Shown: piece after piece, positions 12,641-24,356 of the stretch
Layout: every line of letters starts with the position of its first letter
How positions within the stretch are numbered: the first letter of the stretch is position 1
Source of the DNA: Mobula hypostoma
Lineage: Eukaryota
Assembly (NCBI RefSeq): GCF_963921235.1
Contig: NC_086097.1
Span: forward strand, 108,192,001 to 108,256,000
Direction: 5' to 3'
Length of the DNA: 64,000 nt
The notes under the pieces: model-generated
Told to the model about the DNA's origin: nothing
Database searches by the model: none
What the model saw: only the letters and a program-made list of their open reading frames with translations
Translations under genes and position numbers: made by a program

Positions 12641-12840
12641 ATTAAAGAAAAAGTCCCAGTCAGTGGACATGACTGCTGCTGGATATGGCAGTCCAATGGC
12701 AGTTCCTGATCCATCACCACAAAGTGATGTGGTACCAGCTGTCCTCAAGACAACCAGGTCAGAAGAGATGCAGAACAATGGTGCCAACACACAGAAACGT
12801 AATACTAAACGAAGCGAGCTCCACAGATATTATACAATAG
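12641..12840 (+). CDS. OXR1: Oxidation resistance protein 1, N-terminal coding exon (200 bp)
   Basis: Polypyrimidine tract plus CACAG acceptor (AG at 12639-12640); donor AG|GTAGGT at 12841. Translation LKKKSQSVDMTAAG...EEMQNNGANTQKRNTKRSELHRYYTI matches my recollection of vertebrate OXR1 LKKKSQSVDI...EEEQNNAANTQK..RRSELKRFYTID. Starts on the last base of a codon and ends on the G of the Asp codon. Confidence 0.92.
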
Positions 12841-12981
12841 GTAGGTATTGTCATGTTTTGTCCAAGTGCAGATGTAGCAAAACATAAATATTCCTCTTGG
12901 CAATACCTATGAAATATGGAATGTAGATGTTAAATGATATTAGAGGTATACATATATTCAAGTTTTTTTGTGGTTTAATTA

Positions 12982-14237
12982 CACCTTATCCTCATTATAT
13001 GTGAGTGATACATGCCTCGAAGTTGACACATAATGTGAATAATTATTTAAATGGAGAAAATAGGAATGCATTCCAGGGGGCTTCCTAAATATGTTTTATC
13101 TGTAATTTATTCACATTTTCATACCAATACGACACAAAAGCAATACTACAAGACAACATTTGTATTATATTTAATCAATTTAAGGTAATATTCAATGTAA
13201 TAAATCATAGACAGTTAACATCCTCTGGTGTACTGTACTCACCAACAGTGGCAGGTGTGTTGGCTCTGGGAGATGAGTGGTTATTGTGGTGTCGGGCAGC
13301 TTTACATGGATAAGGTGGATGGTTGTGGTTGTCAGGATCATATCAAGCACAGCAAGGGGTGAAGGAAGACTCACAGAACCCTTAGAACTGCCAGCAGAAG
13401 ATTACAGTGATTTGAATAAAGTGGTGAAGGTTGTTTGCTTGACAGCATTTTGTTTTTCAGCATAAATTTGCTTGTAGAGAAGAAGGGTTGACGGCAGGGA
13501 ACAACTGAAATGCTGACTCCGTTCTAAACTTGGGTCCATGTCCGTTGCCATTTGTGCCAAGTGTTCCAACTTCCACCATTCCCTCACCGTTGGTAAACTC
13601 CCGGGATTTGCAAAATCGTCGGTTGCTTGCAGCATCTGAGAGATAGTTCGCCGTAAAAAAATATACATACCCCTTTAACGTGGATCACAACGGTCAAGTG
13701 GTTGAATCAGCAATGTTGTGTTAGGTGGCAGGAAACGCACTGTTATGTTAGGATGAATGCTGTCCAAATGTTTAGGATGGGCTGGCACATTATCAAGCAA
13801 CAAAAGAACTTTAAAGGCAAGATTCTGTTCCCAGCAGTAGCGTCCCAGAGCTGTGTTACCTTCAGCTGATGCCACACTGTTCAGAATTTCCAACTTTTTT
13901 TCAAGTGTTAAAGCCATTCTCTGCCGCTCGGCTGACGGCCCAAGACGTGACATCAGATGCTTAGGAGGCATTGTTAAATATTTCAAGCACAAAATCACTG
14001 CACCATAGGTAAAGCCAACAAAAGTTTAAGATCGCGCATCCACACCATGTGAAAACCAGTGAGAGTGGCGGGAGTGAAATTGTGAGGCACGCGCACCTGA
14101 CTTGTATTGGCGGGAAAGCGGTGCTGCTCGCATAACTGTGAATTTTGGACGCATATAATGAGACATTGGTAGAAATAAGTTCCTCGCATAACTGTGAATC
14201 CGCATAGTCTGAAGATGCATATAACAAGGATAGGGTG
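12982..14237 (-). mobile_element. Tigger/pogo DNA transposon, internally deleted, both ends present
   Basis: TIRs CACCTTATCCTCATTATATG and revcomp CACCCTATCCTTGTTATATG (17/20), TA on both flanks. ORF 13675-13998 fuses an HTH start (LTLEKKLEIL) to DDE motifs (VLLLLDNVPAHP..FLPPNTTLLIQPLD). Subterminal direct repeat CTCGCATAACTGTGAAT occurs twice. Confidence 0.9.
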
Positions 14238-14364
14238 TAGAAGATGATTCACTGGCTTGCTTGTTGGTTACCATTTTTTATGATAAGTCTCATAATTTTG
14301 TAGCAACACACATAAAAGTTGCTGGTGAACGCAGCAGGCCAGGCAGCATCTCTAGGAAGAGGTA

Positions 14365-14402
14365 CAGTTGGAGTTTCGGGCCAAGACCCTTCGTCAGGAC
14401 TA
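14365..14402 (-). ncRNA. Degenerate minimal hammerhead ribozyme motif
   Basis: AGTC-CTGACGA-A-GGGTCTTGGCCC-GAAA-CTCC-AACT. The core is intact, but stem III and the cleavage triplet are mutated. Confidence 0.55.
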
Positions 14403-15145
14403 ACTAAAAGAAGAGCTGGTAAGAGATTTGAGAGGGGGAGGGGGAGATCCGAAATGATAGGAGAAGACAGGAGGGTGAGGGATGGAGCCAAGAGCTGGAC
14501 AGTTGATTGGCAAAAGGAGATCCCAGTGGCCACACATTGTGAGTTGGCTGGGGTGACATACTGCGTCCGGTGCTCCCGATGCGGCCTTCTATAGATTGGC
14601 GAGACCCGACGCAGACTGGGAGATTATTTCGCTGAACACCTATGTTCTGTCCGCCAGAGAAAGCAGGATCTCCCAGTGGCTACACATTTTAATTCCACAT
14701 CCCATTCCCATTTTGATATATCTGTCCATGGCCTCCTCTACTGTAAAGACGAAGCCACACTCAGGTTGGAGAAACAACACCTTATATTCTGTCTGGGTAG
14801 CCTCCAACCTGATGGCATGAACATTGACTTCTCTAACTTCCGCTAATGCCCTACCTCCCCCTCGTACCCCATCCGCTATTTATTTATTTGTATACATACA
14901 TTCTTTTTCTCTCTCTCCGTTTTCTCCCTCTGTCCCTCTCACTATACCCCTTGCCCATCCTCTGGACTTCCCTCTCCCCCTTTTCTTTCTCCCTAGGCCT
15001 CCTGTCCCATGATCCTCTCATATCCCTTTTGCCAATCAACTGTCCAGCTCTTAGATCCATCCCTCCCCCTCCTGTCTTCTCCTTTCATTTCGGATCTCCC
15101 CCTCCCCCTCCCACTTTCAAATCTCTTACTAGCTTTTCTTTCAGT

Positions 15146-15183
15146 TAGTCCTGATGAAGGGTCTCAGCCCGAAACGTCGACTG
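15146..15183 (+). ncRNA. Minimal type-I hammerhead ribozyme motif (Penelope-associated, dimer type)
   Basis: TAGTC-CTGATGA-A-GGGT(CTCA)GCCC-GAAA-CGTC-GACTG: stem I, CUGAUGA core, stem II, GAAA, loop-less palindromic ACGU stem III, and GUC site (predicted cut after 15178). Confidence 0.8.
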
Positions 15184-15883
15184 TACCTCTTCCTAGAGAT
15201 GCTGACTGGCCTGCTGCATTCACCAGCAACTTTGATGTGTGTTGATTGAAATTCCAGCATCTGCAGATTTCCTCTTGTTTGTGGTTTTACAATTGATGTT
15301 ATTCTTGGGTGGATATGGTATATTTACTGCTAAACCTACATTTATCATTATCAGTGTTATCAGTTTATAGCAAATTGTCTATTCAGTGATTCAATTGAGA
15401 AACAAAATTGGGTTATTATATCTGAGTTTCTGTAAACTCCAATTCATGTATCATGTACAAATTCTTCAATTAGTTTTTAAGTAAAGTAAGATTGGGTAGT
15501 CTGCTCAGGCCTCCAGAATAATATAAAAATACACCTCTCTGGCAGTGAAATAACATCTTGTCTTAAGAAATATTGTGGACAGTTTGGCTGCACATGCAGT
15601 AATTTGTCATCTGTTGATTCAGGGTGGCCTGTAATGATGAATGAAATGCCCTGAATTATTACCCTCAGTCTATTGTACCTATATTACCTGTATCCCTTGC
15701 ACAGGGCCAATGTTGCTTTCCCCTTGCTGGTTCAGAATCTACAGTCCTTATAGAAATCAATTGGTCTTAGATTGTGTGCCTGGTTTTGCCTGGCACAAAG
15801 CCCAAGAAATTGCTAAGGTCCATCAAAGGAATGGAATAACAGTTTTGACTTTCTAATCTGACAGATCTTTGCTTGGCAATCCT

Positions 15884-17941
15884 TTTTTTTTAATTTTATT
15901 TTTATTTGGATAAGGAGTTCACAATTATCATGTACTTTTTTCACACATATAACCTTTTCCATTTTTTTATATGTATAAAACTACAATTATTTATACATTC
16001 TTAAGTACACATTGAGATGATATAAAAGGAAAATAAACATTTAAATAGATAATTATGTACTGTGGTAAATCTAACCTATTAGGCTAAGTAATGAAATTAG
16101 TTGTTAAGAAAAATGGTAATAATAGTTTCCATACAACCCTTCTGGACCATTTCCACTGGTCCAAAATGTTGCATACAAGCCTATATACCAACCATTGTAG
16201 GTGTTTATATCCCAATTTGTTCGTGCTTGTTCCTGCCCGCAGACATAATTATCCAATCCCTATGTACTTATTTACTTAATTTTTTCATTTTTTTTTATCC
16301 CTTTCCCAAATCTTTCCCTTTACTTGTGTTAATTCTCTATTTTCCAAAAAAAAACAACAAACATTTAGACTAGGGGTGCTTACGTTAGCAATATTACTGT
16401 GTTGATGAGAAGAGCAATATAAATCATTAGGAGAGTCATCTAAAGTCTGCTCGCATTGGGGTTATATATTCAATCCATTTATTCCAGATTTGATAAAATG
16501 TTTCTTTTTGAGTTCTCAGGGAGTAGTTCAACTTTTCCATTTTAAATATTTCCAAGATAATTTCGTACCAATCTTCTAATGTAGGTGGTATTGGATTTAG
16601 CCATTTTCTAGTGATTGATTTCTTACTTGCCGCTAAGAGGGCCTGCAGCAACTTTATATCTTCCTTCTGTTCAAGGAACAATACATGCCCCAAATAGAGC
16701 GTCTCAAAGTTCAGAGGTATCTGGGACCTAAGTACCTTAACTAATGTTCTATGAATACCTTCCCAAAATAGACTTAATTTAGGGCAATCCCAGAAAATAT
16801 GAAAATGATTTGCCTCCTTGGAGCCGCACCTTCTCCAACACATCACATTTGTATCTTTATATTTTTCCTGATATGGGGTTTTTCCAACAATGTTTTCTCC
16901 AAGTCAAAGAATTAGTCGAGAACCATTGAAAGCTGCAGATTTTCCCCCAAGCCTCCTCTGAAAGTACCAACCCCGCTTCTTTCTCCCACTTCTTTTTAAT
17001 ATACAGTGTATTTACATTTTTAGCATGGGAGAGTGCATTATATAGGCGAGAAACTGATTTACTAGGTATTGAACTGCAAGCCGAATTCAGAATCTTGAAA
17101 AATTCTAATTCTACTGTTGATAGGTCTGTATATCTACAACTCTGGTTAACATAGTTTCGTATTTGAAGGTACCTAAAAAAGTCATTATGTTCTAGGCCAT
17201 GTTTGTCCTGCAGGATTTGGAAACTTTGTAATACTCTTTTATCTATAAATGAGAGGTAGGTTGTAAGACCTTTCTTTATCCATAGCTCAAATCTTTTATC
17301 TCCTCTGTTGGGAAGGAATTCGGTATCATATGCACACCATCTAAAGAGTTTTAGCATGTTATTAATTCCACATGAATTAACCACCTTCTGCCATACTTTT
17401 AATGTAAGATTTATCCAAGCATTATTAAATTTTTCCAACTGGGCCATCAATCCTTTGTCAGCTATTGAGGCCTGAAGAGGAAAACTGTCAACTAATCCAA
17501 ATTCTATTTCCTTCCATCTAGCCTTATATTCCCTATTACACCAATATAACAGAGGGGTTATCTGTGAGGCATAAAAATAATTTCTCAGGCAAGGAAGAAC
17601 CATACCTCCTCTTTCCTTCCCTAACTGTAAGGTGTTATATCGAATTCTAGGTTTCCTTCCTTGTCAAATGAAGCGGGAAATCCATTTGTCCCATTCCCTG
17701 AATTGATTATCATCCACCTCCACTGGTAAAGTATGGAAAAGATATAATAACCGAGGAAGAATATCCATTTTTATAGTATTTATCCTTGAATTTAAACTTA
17801 AAAAGGGGATAAGATTCCATCTATGCATATCTGCTTTTATCTCTGAGATTAATGGCCCATAATTTACCTGTGACAGTGTTGAAAGATCCTTCGGCAGGGT
17901 TATTCCTAAATATTTTAATGATTTAGCTTCCCACTTAAGAT
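15884..17941 (-). mobile_element. L1-clade LINE, 5'-truncated, with poly(A) tail and TSD
   Basis: KYLGITLPK..RINTIKMDILPRLLYLF, then ORFs 16857-17603 and 16436-16846 with the C-terminal CWRRCGSKEANHFHIFWDC zinc knuckle. A-rich tail at 15884-15907. CAATCCT at 15877-15883 and 17942-17948. Confidence 0.92.
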
Positions 17942-18486
17942 CAATCCTGAAGTTAAACTGCTGAACTCTGCCATTTCCAGTAGGATCCCTGACAGCATCT
18001 ACTTGGACTGAAGCTGATACAGTATCTATATTTGTTCACAGTAGATCAGACTCTTTTGTGAAGGTGCATGTTAATTTTATGAATGGAAAGATTATGTGAC
18101 TGAATTGTTGTAGGATGTAAGCAGACGAGATGAACATATTACAATAAGCTAGGTTTTCAACATTATGGCAGGCATTAACTTTATTAAAGTGTAATTGCTT
18201 CCAAAATTTTTGGATCTTTACTGTCCATGCCACCTGTATCTCATTGATGTTTCAATCTCAGCACCCAGCTGTTCATTCCATGATGCTTTCTATCAGACCC
18301 AATACAAGCTCCATTGCCACACCCCATCAAGGCTCTAGCAAAATCATGTCACTATGAGAGTGAAGGGTAGACTTGGCAAGTTTAAGGAACCCTGGCCAAT
18401 AAGAGGTATTGAGGCTCTTGCTAAAAGAAATAAGGAAGCACTGATTGGGTTTAAGAGGACAGGAAAAAGTAAATTCTTGATGATTA

Positions 18487-18800
18487 ATCAGAATCAGAAT
18501 TAGGTGTATTATCACAGGCATATGTTGTGACATTTGTTGTCATTGTGGCAGCAGTACAATTCAATACATAATTATGTGTGTGAATATATATATAGATAGT
18601 AAAGATCTTATATATAATATAATCTTTCCATTCATAAAAGTAGTGAGGTAGTGTTCATAGATTCAATGTCCATTCAGAAATTGGTTGGCAGAGGGGAAGA
18701 AGCTAAATCATTGAGTGTGTGCCTTCAGGCTCCTGCCTCTCCTTTCTGATAGTAGCAATGAGAACAAAGATTGACCTGGGTAATGGGGGTCCTTAATGGT
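18487..18800 (-). mobile_element. Rex1/Babar LINE 3' end
   Basis: AATCAGAATCAGAAT tail on +, and minus-strand IKDPHYPG..FSLLLSERRQEPEGTH-like remnant; homologous to 23351-24100 and 59964-60300. Confidence 0.75.
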
Positions 18801-18829
18801 GTTTTGGAGAAAATTCATATTGCCAGGGG

Positions 18830-19440
18830 TGATGTATTTGCATCCTTACAGTGCATTGAGGCAGATAAATCCCCAGGGCCTGACCGAGTATGTCCTTGGA
18901 CATTGTGGGAGGTTGTGGAACATTGTGCACAGGCGCTGTGAAGCCTTTGTGTAGGTACTTGCTTAATTATTGGCCACTGGTGAAGCTTCCAAAGACTGGA
19001 AGGCGGAAAGTGTCATTCCATTGTTTAAGAAGGGTGACAAGGACCTGCCAGGGAACCATAGACTAGTCACCCTGATACCTGTGGTGGATAAGATACTGGA
19101 GGAAGTTCTAAAGGACAGGATATATCTGCATTTGGATAGGCAAAGATTGATTAGGAGCAGTCACCATGCCTTTGTGCAAGGGAGGTCATGGTTAATGAAT
19201 ATTATGGAGTTTTTTGAAGAGGCAACCAACATGGTAGATGAGGGTAGGGCATTGAATGTTGTCTATTTGGACTTCAGCAAGGTCTTTGACAAGGTCCCAT
19301 ATAGTAGGCTGTCTGGAAGTTTAGGTCTTATGGAATCTGAGGAGACCTAGTTAAGAATCTCATGGTTACGAAGCATTGTTGGCATGGGCTCGTTGGCAAA
19401 AGGATCTCTATCTGTGTTCTATTGTGCTATGATTTTATGG
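18830..19440 (+). mobile_element. CR1 LINE RT fragment joined to its 3' end (internal deletion)
   Basis: ORF 18970-19350 DWKAESVIPLFKKGDK..VYLDFSKVFDKVPY; CR1-like 3' terminus at ~19360-19440. Confidence 0.85.
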
Positions 19441-19649
19441 CATCCTTCCACCTGGTAAGACATTTATACCATGATAAATATAGACAAAAACTGTAGCAGA
19501 GTTGCTTGCTGTTTGTTCAGTGATAAGCTTGTGATGTTTAACTCCAGCACCAGTGACATCTCATAGAAGAAAAATCAAAAACTCTCCTAAATATTTCATG
19601 AATCTGTGCTTTTGGTGTGGGATGCAATGCAAAGGGTGAAAAGCTAAAA

Positions 19650-20120
19650 CTCATCCCGCCAAACTCGTGATCAGTGAGTCCTGTGGTCGATACACGGAGG
19701 TCAGTGAAGTCCAGAGGGTAAAGTCAAAGGTCAAAGTCCAGAGCTCAGGAAGTCCATAGGTAGAAAGCCTGAAAGGTCAAAGACTTATGTCGGCAAGTCT
19801 AGAGGCAAAGGGACAAAGGTTAGGTCTGTGCATCCAAGCCAGAAATTAGAAGTTAGAGGCCTGACGCCTTTGAGTTTAGGAGTCTGCGGCTGTTGGCTGG
19901 AAGGCTGGAGGTGGTTTGTCCTGGGGATGGAGGTGTGTGTGGGAGGGTGGGAAAGGGCATGTTTTGCTGTCGTTGTTGTTGTTGTGTTGAAAATTGTGGG
20001 CATGCTATGTTGGCACCAGAATGTGTGACAACTCTTGAGGGCTGCCCCCAGCACGTCCTTGGACACATTTGTTTCAATATCCTGTACATGTGATGAATAA
20101 ATGAATCTGAACCTGAATCA
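19650..20120 (+). mobile_element. Non-coding retroposon with (TCTGAA)n-like tail
   Basis: Degenerate AAGTCCAGAG-type repeats; 3' part is homologous to the insert at 21575-21725; ends GAATAAATGAATCTGAACCTGAATC. Confidence 0.5.
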
Positions 20121-20304
20121 TCCCTGAACTTCAGCCAGGTGAGAGGAGCCTCCACTTTAACCTCTGCGCTCAGCAGAGCAGAGTCAAACAATTACAGTGT
20201 CATTTTCATATTCTGTCTTCTTTCTCACCTTTTTTAAGATGCTGAAGTTAAATTGAATCTTCCTATAGTGCCATTGTTAAATCTGAACAGAACTTAAAAC
20301 TAGA

Positions 20305-20672
20305 ATGTTTAAAGTTCAAAGAATATTTATTAAAGTATGTATCCAATATAAAAGCTTACAGGCAGCCACAAAACAAATAAACCCAAAAGAACCCATTAAG
20401 AAAAAGACTGACAAGCACCCAATGTGCAAAGAGGGAAAAAAATGTGCAAACAATAAAAGTAAGCAAGTAGCATTCAGAATGAAAGTGAGTCCACAGACAC
20501 AAAGCCCGGAGCAGGCCCGCAGCCTCAGCCTCAGTCCAGCACATAGCAGAGAAAGCATCGCTGAGCCCACAGACACGAAGCCTGGAGCAGGCCTCAGCCT
20601 CAGTCTCAGTTCAAAGCACAGCGGAGAAAGCGTTGCCCAGCACACAGACACGAAGCCTGGAGCAGGCCTCAG
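20305..20672 (-). mobile_element. Retroposon 3' part containing a ~76-bp tandem repeat
   Basis: Tail AAAGTTCAAAG..TTTATTAAAGTATG as at 58023-58100. CACAGACAC(A/G)AAGCC(C/T)GGAGCAGG recurs at 20492, 20568 and 20643. Confidence 0.6.
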
Positions 20673-20984
20673 GCATAGGTATCATAGGAATGCTAACATT
20701 AAAAAAAAATAAGTGAAACCATTCCATTCAACAGCTGTTTCAAACAAGCACTGACTTTGACACCATCTGGAAGCAGTTCATGTTTTACAGTGTTAATAGG
20801 AATTCTAACAATTTCATTGAAGCGCATTGCTGCTTGATGCACCAGTGAATACTGGGTGAAGTCCATTTGAGTGTGAAACAACAAAAAAACAGAATATATT
20901 AAGGAGAGAAATATTGGAAATTTGGCATCAGTAGGTACGGTATTTACCTCCCCGACACTCTTAGCAACTTCTATGCCTGCTTCG

Positions 20985-22842
20985 AGGCATGCACACAGTG
21001 CCAGTCATGAAAGCTATCCCACCCGCTTCCAGGTGAGCAGCCACTGTCTGTAATAGCAGCAGACGTGAGAAATACTCTGCAAAAAGTCAGCCCATTTAAG
21101 GCTGTTGGTCCAGACAACATCCCAGGTTGAGTACCAGGGAATGTGCCCACCAGCCTACTGACGTCTTCAGAGAAATCTTCAACTCTCATCCAAGTGGCTA
21201 TCCCCATCAGCCACCATCATCTCTGCACTTTCGGAACTAAACGACCCCCACCTGGAGGCACTGATGCCAATCATCATCATGAAGTGATTTGAATGGCTGG
21301 TAATGGCACATATCAAAAACTCCATTCCTGTCGCACTGGACACTCACCGACAGAACCACTCTATGACAAATACCTTGGCATCTGTTGTGCACTTGGCCTT
21401 GAAAAACCTAGAAAATAAGGACACACGTGTCAAAATGTTTTTGGATTTCAGATCAGCATTCAACACTACTATTCCACAGAACCTGGTGAATAAACTCCTG
21501 CTCCTCAGTCTAAGTGCAGAACTTTGCAATTGGGCGTTGGACTTCCTAACCTGCAGACCTCACCCTGCTCAGTGTATCTGAAGTCCAGGTCAGTGTGTGG
21601 GCATTAGTGCTGGAATGTGTGTCAACACTTGCAGGCTGCCCCAGGCATCCTTGGGTGTACTGGCTGTTGACAGAAACAACACATTTCACTGTATATGTGA
21701 TAAATAAATAACTGAATTGCATCTAATGGACAGTCCTCAGATCGTCAGTATGTACAACTGCTTCTCCTCAACACAGTCTCTTTCCCCCCCCCCCCCACTG
21801 GGCTGTGTGCTGAACTTATTGTTGTATATTTTGCTTACATATGACTGCACATCCAAACTCCCGAGTAATCACCTTGTCAAATTCACTAATGACACGACAG
21901 TGGTGGTGCTCATCGTTAACAATGATGCGACAGCCTGCATAGAGGAGGTGGAAGAGATTGAGGCCTGATGCCAGATAAATAACCTCTTCCTCAATGTCAA
22001 CAAGACAAATGAGATGGTTATCGACTTCAGGAGAACTTGCACCACTCACACCCCTCTTTACAGCAGTGGAAACTGTAAGCAGTTTTGAACGCTTGGGAGT
22101 AGACATCACACACAACCTCTCATGGTCCCAGAACACATCCTACATAATCGAGAAACCTCACCAATGCCTCTGCTTTCTGAGGAGGCCGGAGAGAGCCGGA
22201 CTGTGGAGTACATCAATTTTCACGACCTTCTACAGACGCACAGTAGAGCACATGCTGACAAGCTGCATCACTGCATGGTTTAGGGACCACGCTGCAATGG
22301 ACAGGAAGGTTCCACAATAGGTAGTCAAACCTGTTCAATGCATTACCAGCATCAGCCTACCCACCATCAAGGATACACAGTATATACAGAAAATGTGCTA
22401 GAAAAACACAAGCAATGTCATGAAGGATCCCACCCACCAGGCTCATAGACTCTTTATCCCATCCCAACAGAGAGGAGGCTACACAACATTGATACGAGGA
22501 CCACCAGGCTCAAAGGCAGTTACTTTCTTCAAGCAGTAAAGCCGATCAACATCGCTACCCAGTGACTCACCCCATCAGAACCCCCACCACCACTACTTTA
22601 CCATTTCCCATTAGAGTCACCTTACGTACAGACACTACTGGACGTTGTGTCACTTCATGTACATACAATCAATCTATCTATATAAGCCACCTCATGTATT
22701 TATAGTTATTGTGTTGTTTTTATTGTTGCGTTCTTTTTATCTTCCTGTGTTTTTTTTTGTGCTGTGTCTGATCTGGAGTAACAGTTATTTTGTTCTCCTT
22801 TATGCAAGTGTACTGGAAATGACCTTAAACAATCTTGAATTT
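20985..22842 (+). mobile_element. Rex1/Babar LINE (RT to 3' end) with a nested short insert at ~21575-21725
   Basis: KAVGPDNIPG, FLDFRSAFNTTIPQNL, VKFTNDTTVV and FTTFYRRTVEHMLTSCITAWF motifs across several frames. Confidence 0.88.
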
Positions 22843-23350
22843 CTGTGCAACTCCCTGAGATGATGTGCATTAGTGCCAGTGAGGTTGATCGGCCCAATCC
22901 TTGCTCTTTTTCCTGATTCATCTCCACAGCTTGGTTTCTAGATTATTGGAAAAGGGGAACTGGGTACCTTTGCAGAAATTCAGGAGCTTCATTGGTGACA
23001 CAGGATGGCATTGCAATCCCTAGACTTGCTTATTGCCTAATATACAAGAGCCAAACTCAAAAGTGCTTCCATGGGTGCTGGACATTTTTATCATAACAAA
23101 GATACTGTTGTTTAGTTGTGACCCAAAGTGATAATCATAGGCAAGGTGCAAGACCACCAAAGCCAAATGTAGTCTGTTTCCAAATTTTACAAGGTCAATG
23201 CAAATTGATTTTGAATGTGAGAACATTCTGGCTTAAATGGTAAAACTGAGGCAAAGTAATGCCAATGCTGATTGTAAAATAAATGCACAATATGTTGGAA
23301 ATACTGAGCACCGCATGAACCATCTGTGGAAAGAGGAACAGAATTAATGC

Positions 23351-24100
23351 TTAGAATCAGAATCAGGTTTAATATTAATGGCATATGTTATGAAATTTGT
23401 TGTCTTTACAGTAGTAGTGTAATGCAATACATAATAATTGGAAAAATGTGAATTACAGGTAGTACATAATGAATATCAAATAGTTAAACTATTGAGGCAC
23501 TGATCATGTGGATAATCAGAGACTTTTTCCCAGGGCTGAAATGGTTGCCACAAGAGGACACAGGTTTAAGGTGCTGGGGAGTAGGTACAGAGGAGATGTC
23601 AGGGGTAAGTTTTTTACTCAGAGAGTGGTGGGTACGTGGAATGGGCTGCCGGCAACGGTGGTGGAGGCGGATATGATAGGGTCCTTTAAGAGACTTTTGG
23701 ATAGGTACATGGAGCTTAGAAAAATAGAGGGCTATGGGTAAACCTAGTAATTTCTAAGGTGGGGACACATTCGACACAACTTGGTGGGCTGAAGTGCCTG
23801 TATTGTGCTGTAGGTTTTCTATGTTTCTAACTAAGTAAGTAGTGTGAAAATAGAAATTACAGAAAGTGGTGAGGTAGTGTTCATGGGTTCAATGTCCAAT
23901 CAGAAATCAGATGGGAGAGGGGAAGAAGCTGTTTCTGAATCATTGAGTGTGTGCCTTCAGGTTTCTGTACCTCTTCCTGATGGTAGTGTGAGAACAAGAT
24001 GCGACCTGGGTGATGTAGGCCCTTAATGATGGACGCTGCCTTTTTCGAGGCACCACTCCTTGAAGATGTCCTAGATGCTACAGAGGCTAGTGCCTCCATG
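23351..24100 (-). mobile_element. Rex1/Babar LINE 3' end, interrupted by CR1
   Basis: AGAATCAGAATCAG tail; ORF 23881-24099 KKAASIIKGLHHPGRILFS. Confidence 0.8.
23491..23829 (+). mobile_element. CR1 LINE 3' end
   Basis: ORF 23508-23741 LFPRAEMVATRGHRFKV..FFTQRVVGTWNGLP; tail TTTTCTATGTTTCTA. Confidence 0.9.
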
Positions 24101-24356
24101 GTATCCAGGACATCCAGGAGGATGTATGACCCTTAATGATATGAATAGTTTTGTAGCTCATTAGCTAATTCATCATAAAGCCTACCTTCCTTTTGTTATC
24201 AGATCCTAAATGTAAAACTATGTCAAGCAGCTCCATGTGCTGTTCAGTGGTACCTTCCTTGTTATACAAGATACGCTGTATATTGAGATTTAAAACACTG
24301 CCATTTTCCTAGGATATTACATATATAATTTTTTGCAGTGTAATTTCCTTTTTTCC

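Larger units (their letters stand above)
14303..15281 (+). mobile_element. Penelope-like element: GIY-YIG endonuclease 3' fragment with inverted 5' terminal repeat
   Basis: 14538-14846 translates GVTYCVRCSRCGLL*IGETRRRLGDYFAEHL..LQPDGMNIDFSNFR*. 14303-14521 is an inverted copy of ~15022-15244. Confidence 0.92.

Noticed and set aside
12641..12840. NCOA7 as an alternative identity for the exon
   Set aside because: The paralogue shares RLKKK and a related ELxRYY motif, but SQSVD and QNNxANTQK match OXR1 as I recall the sequences.
12585..12887. 100-aa ORF as a single-exon gene
   Set aside because: Its ends are read-through into repeat and intron sequence; only 12641-12840 is bounded by splice sites and homologous to OXR1.
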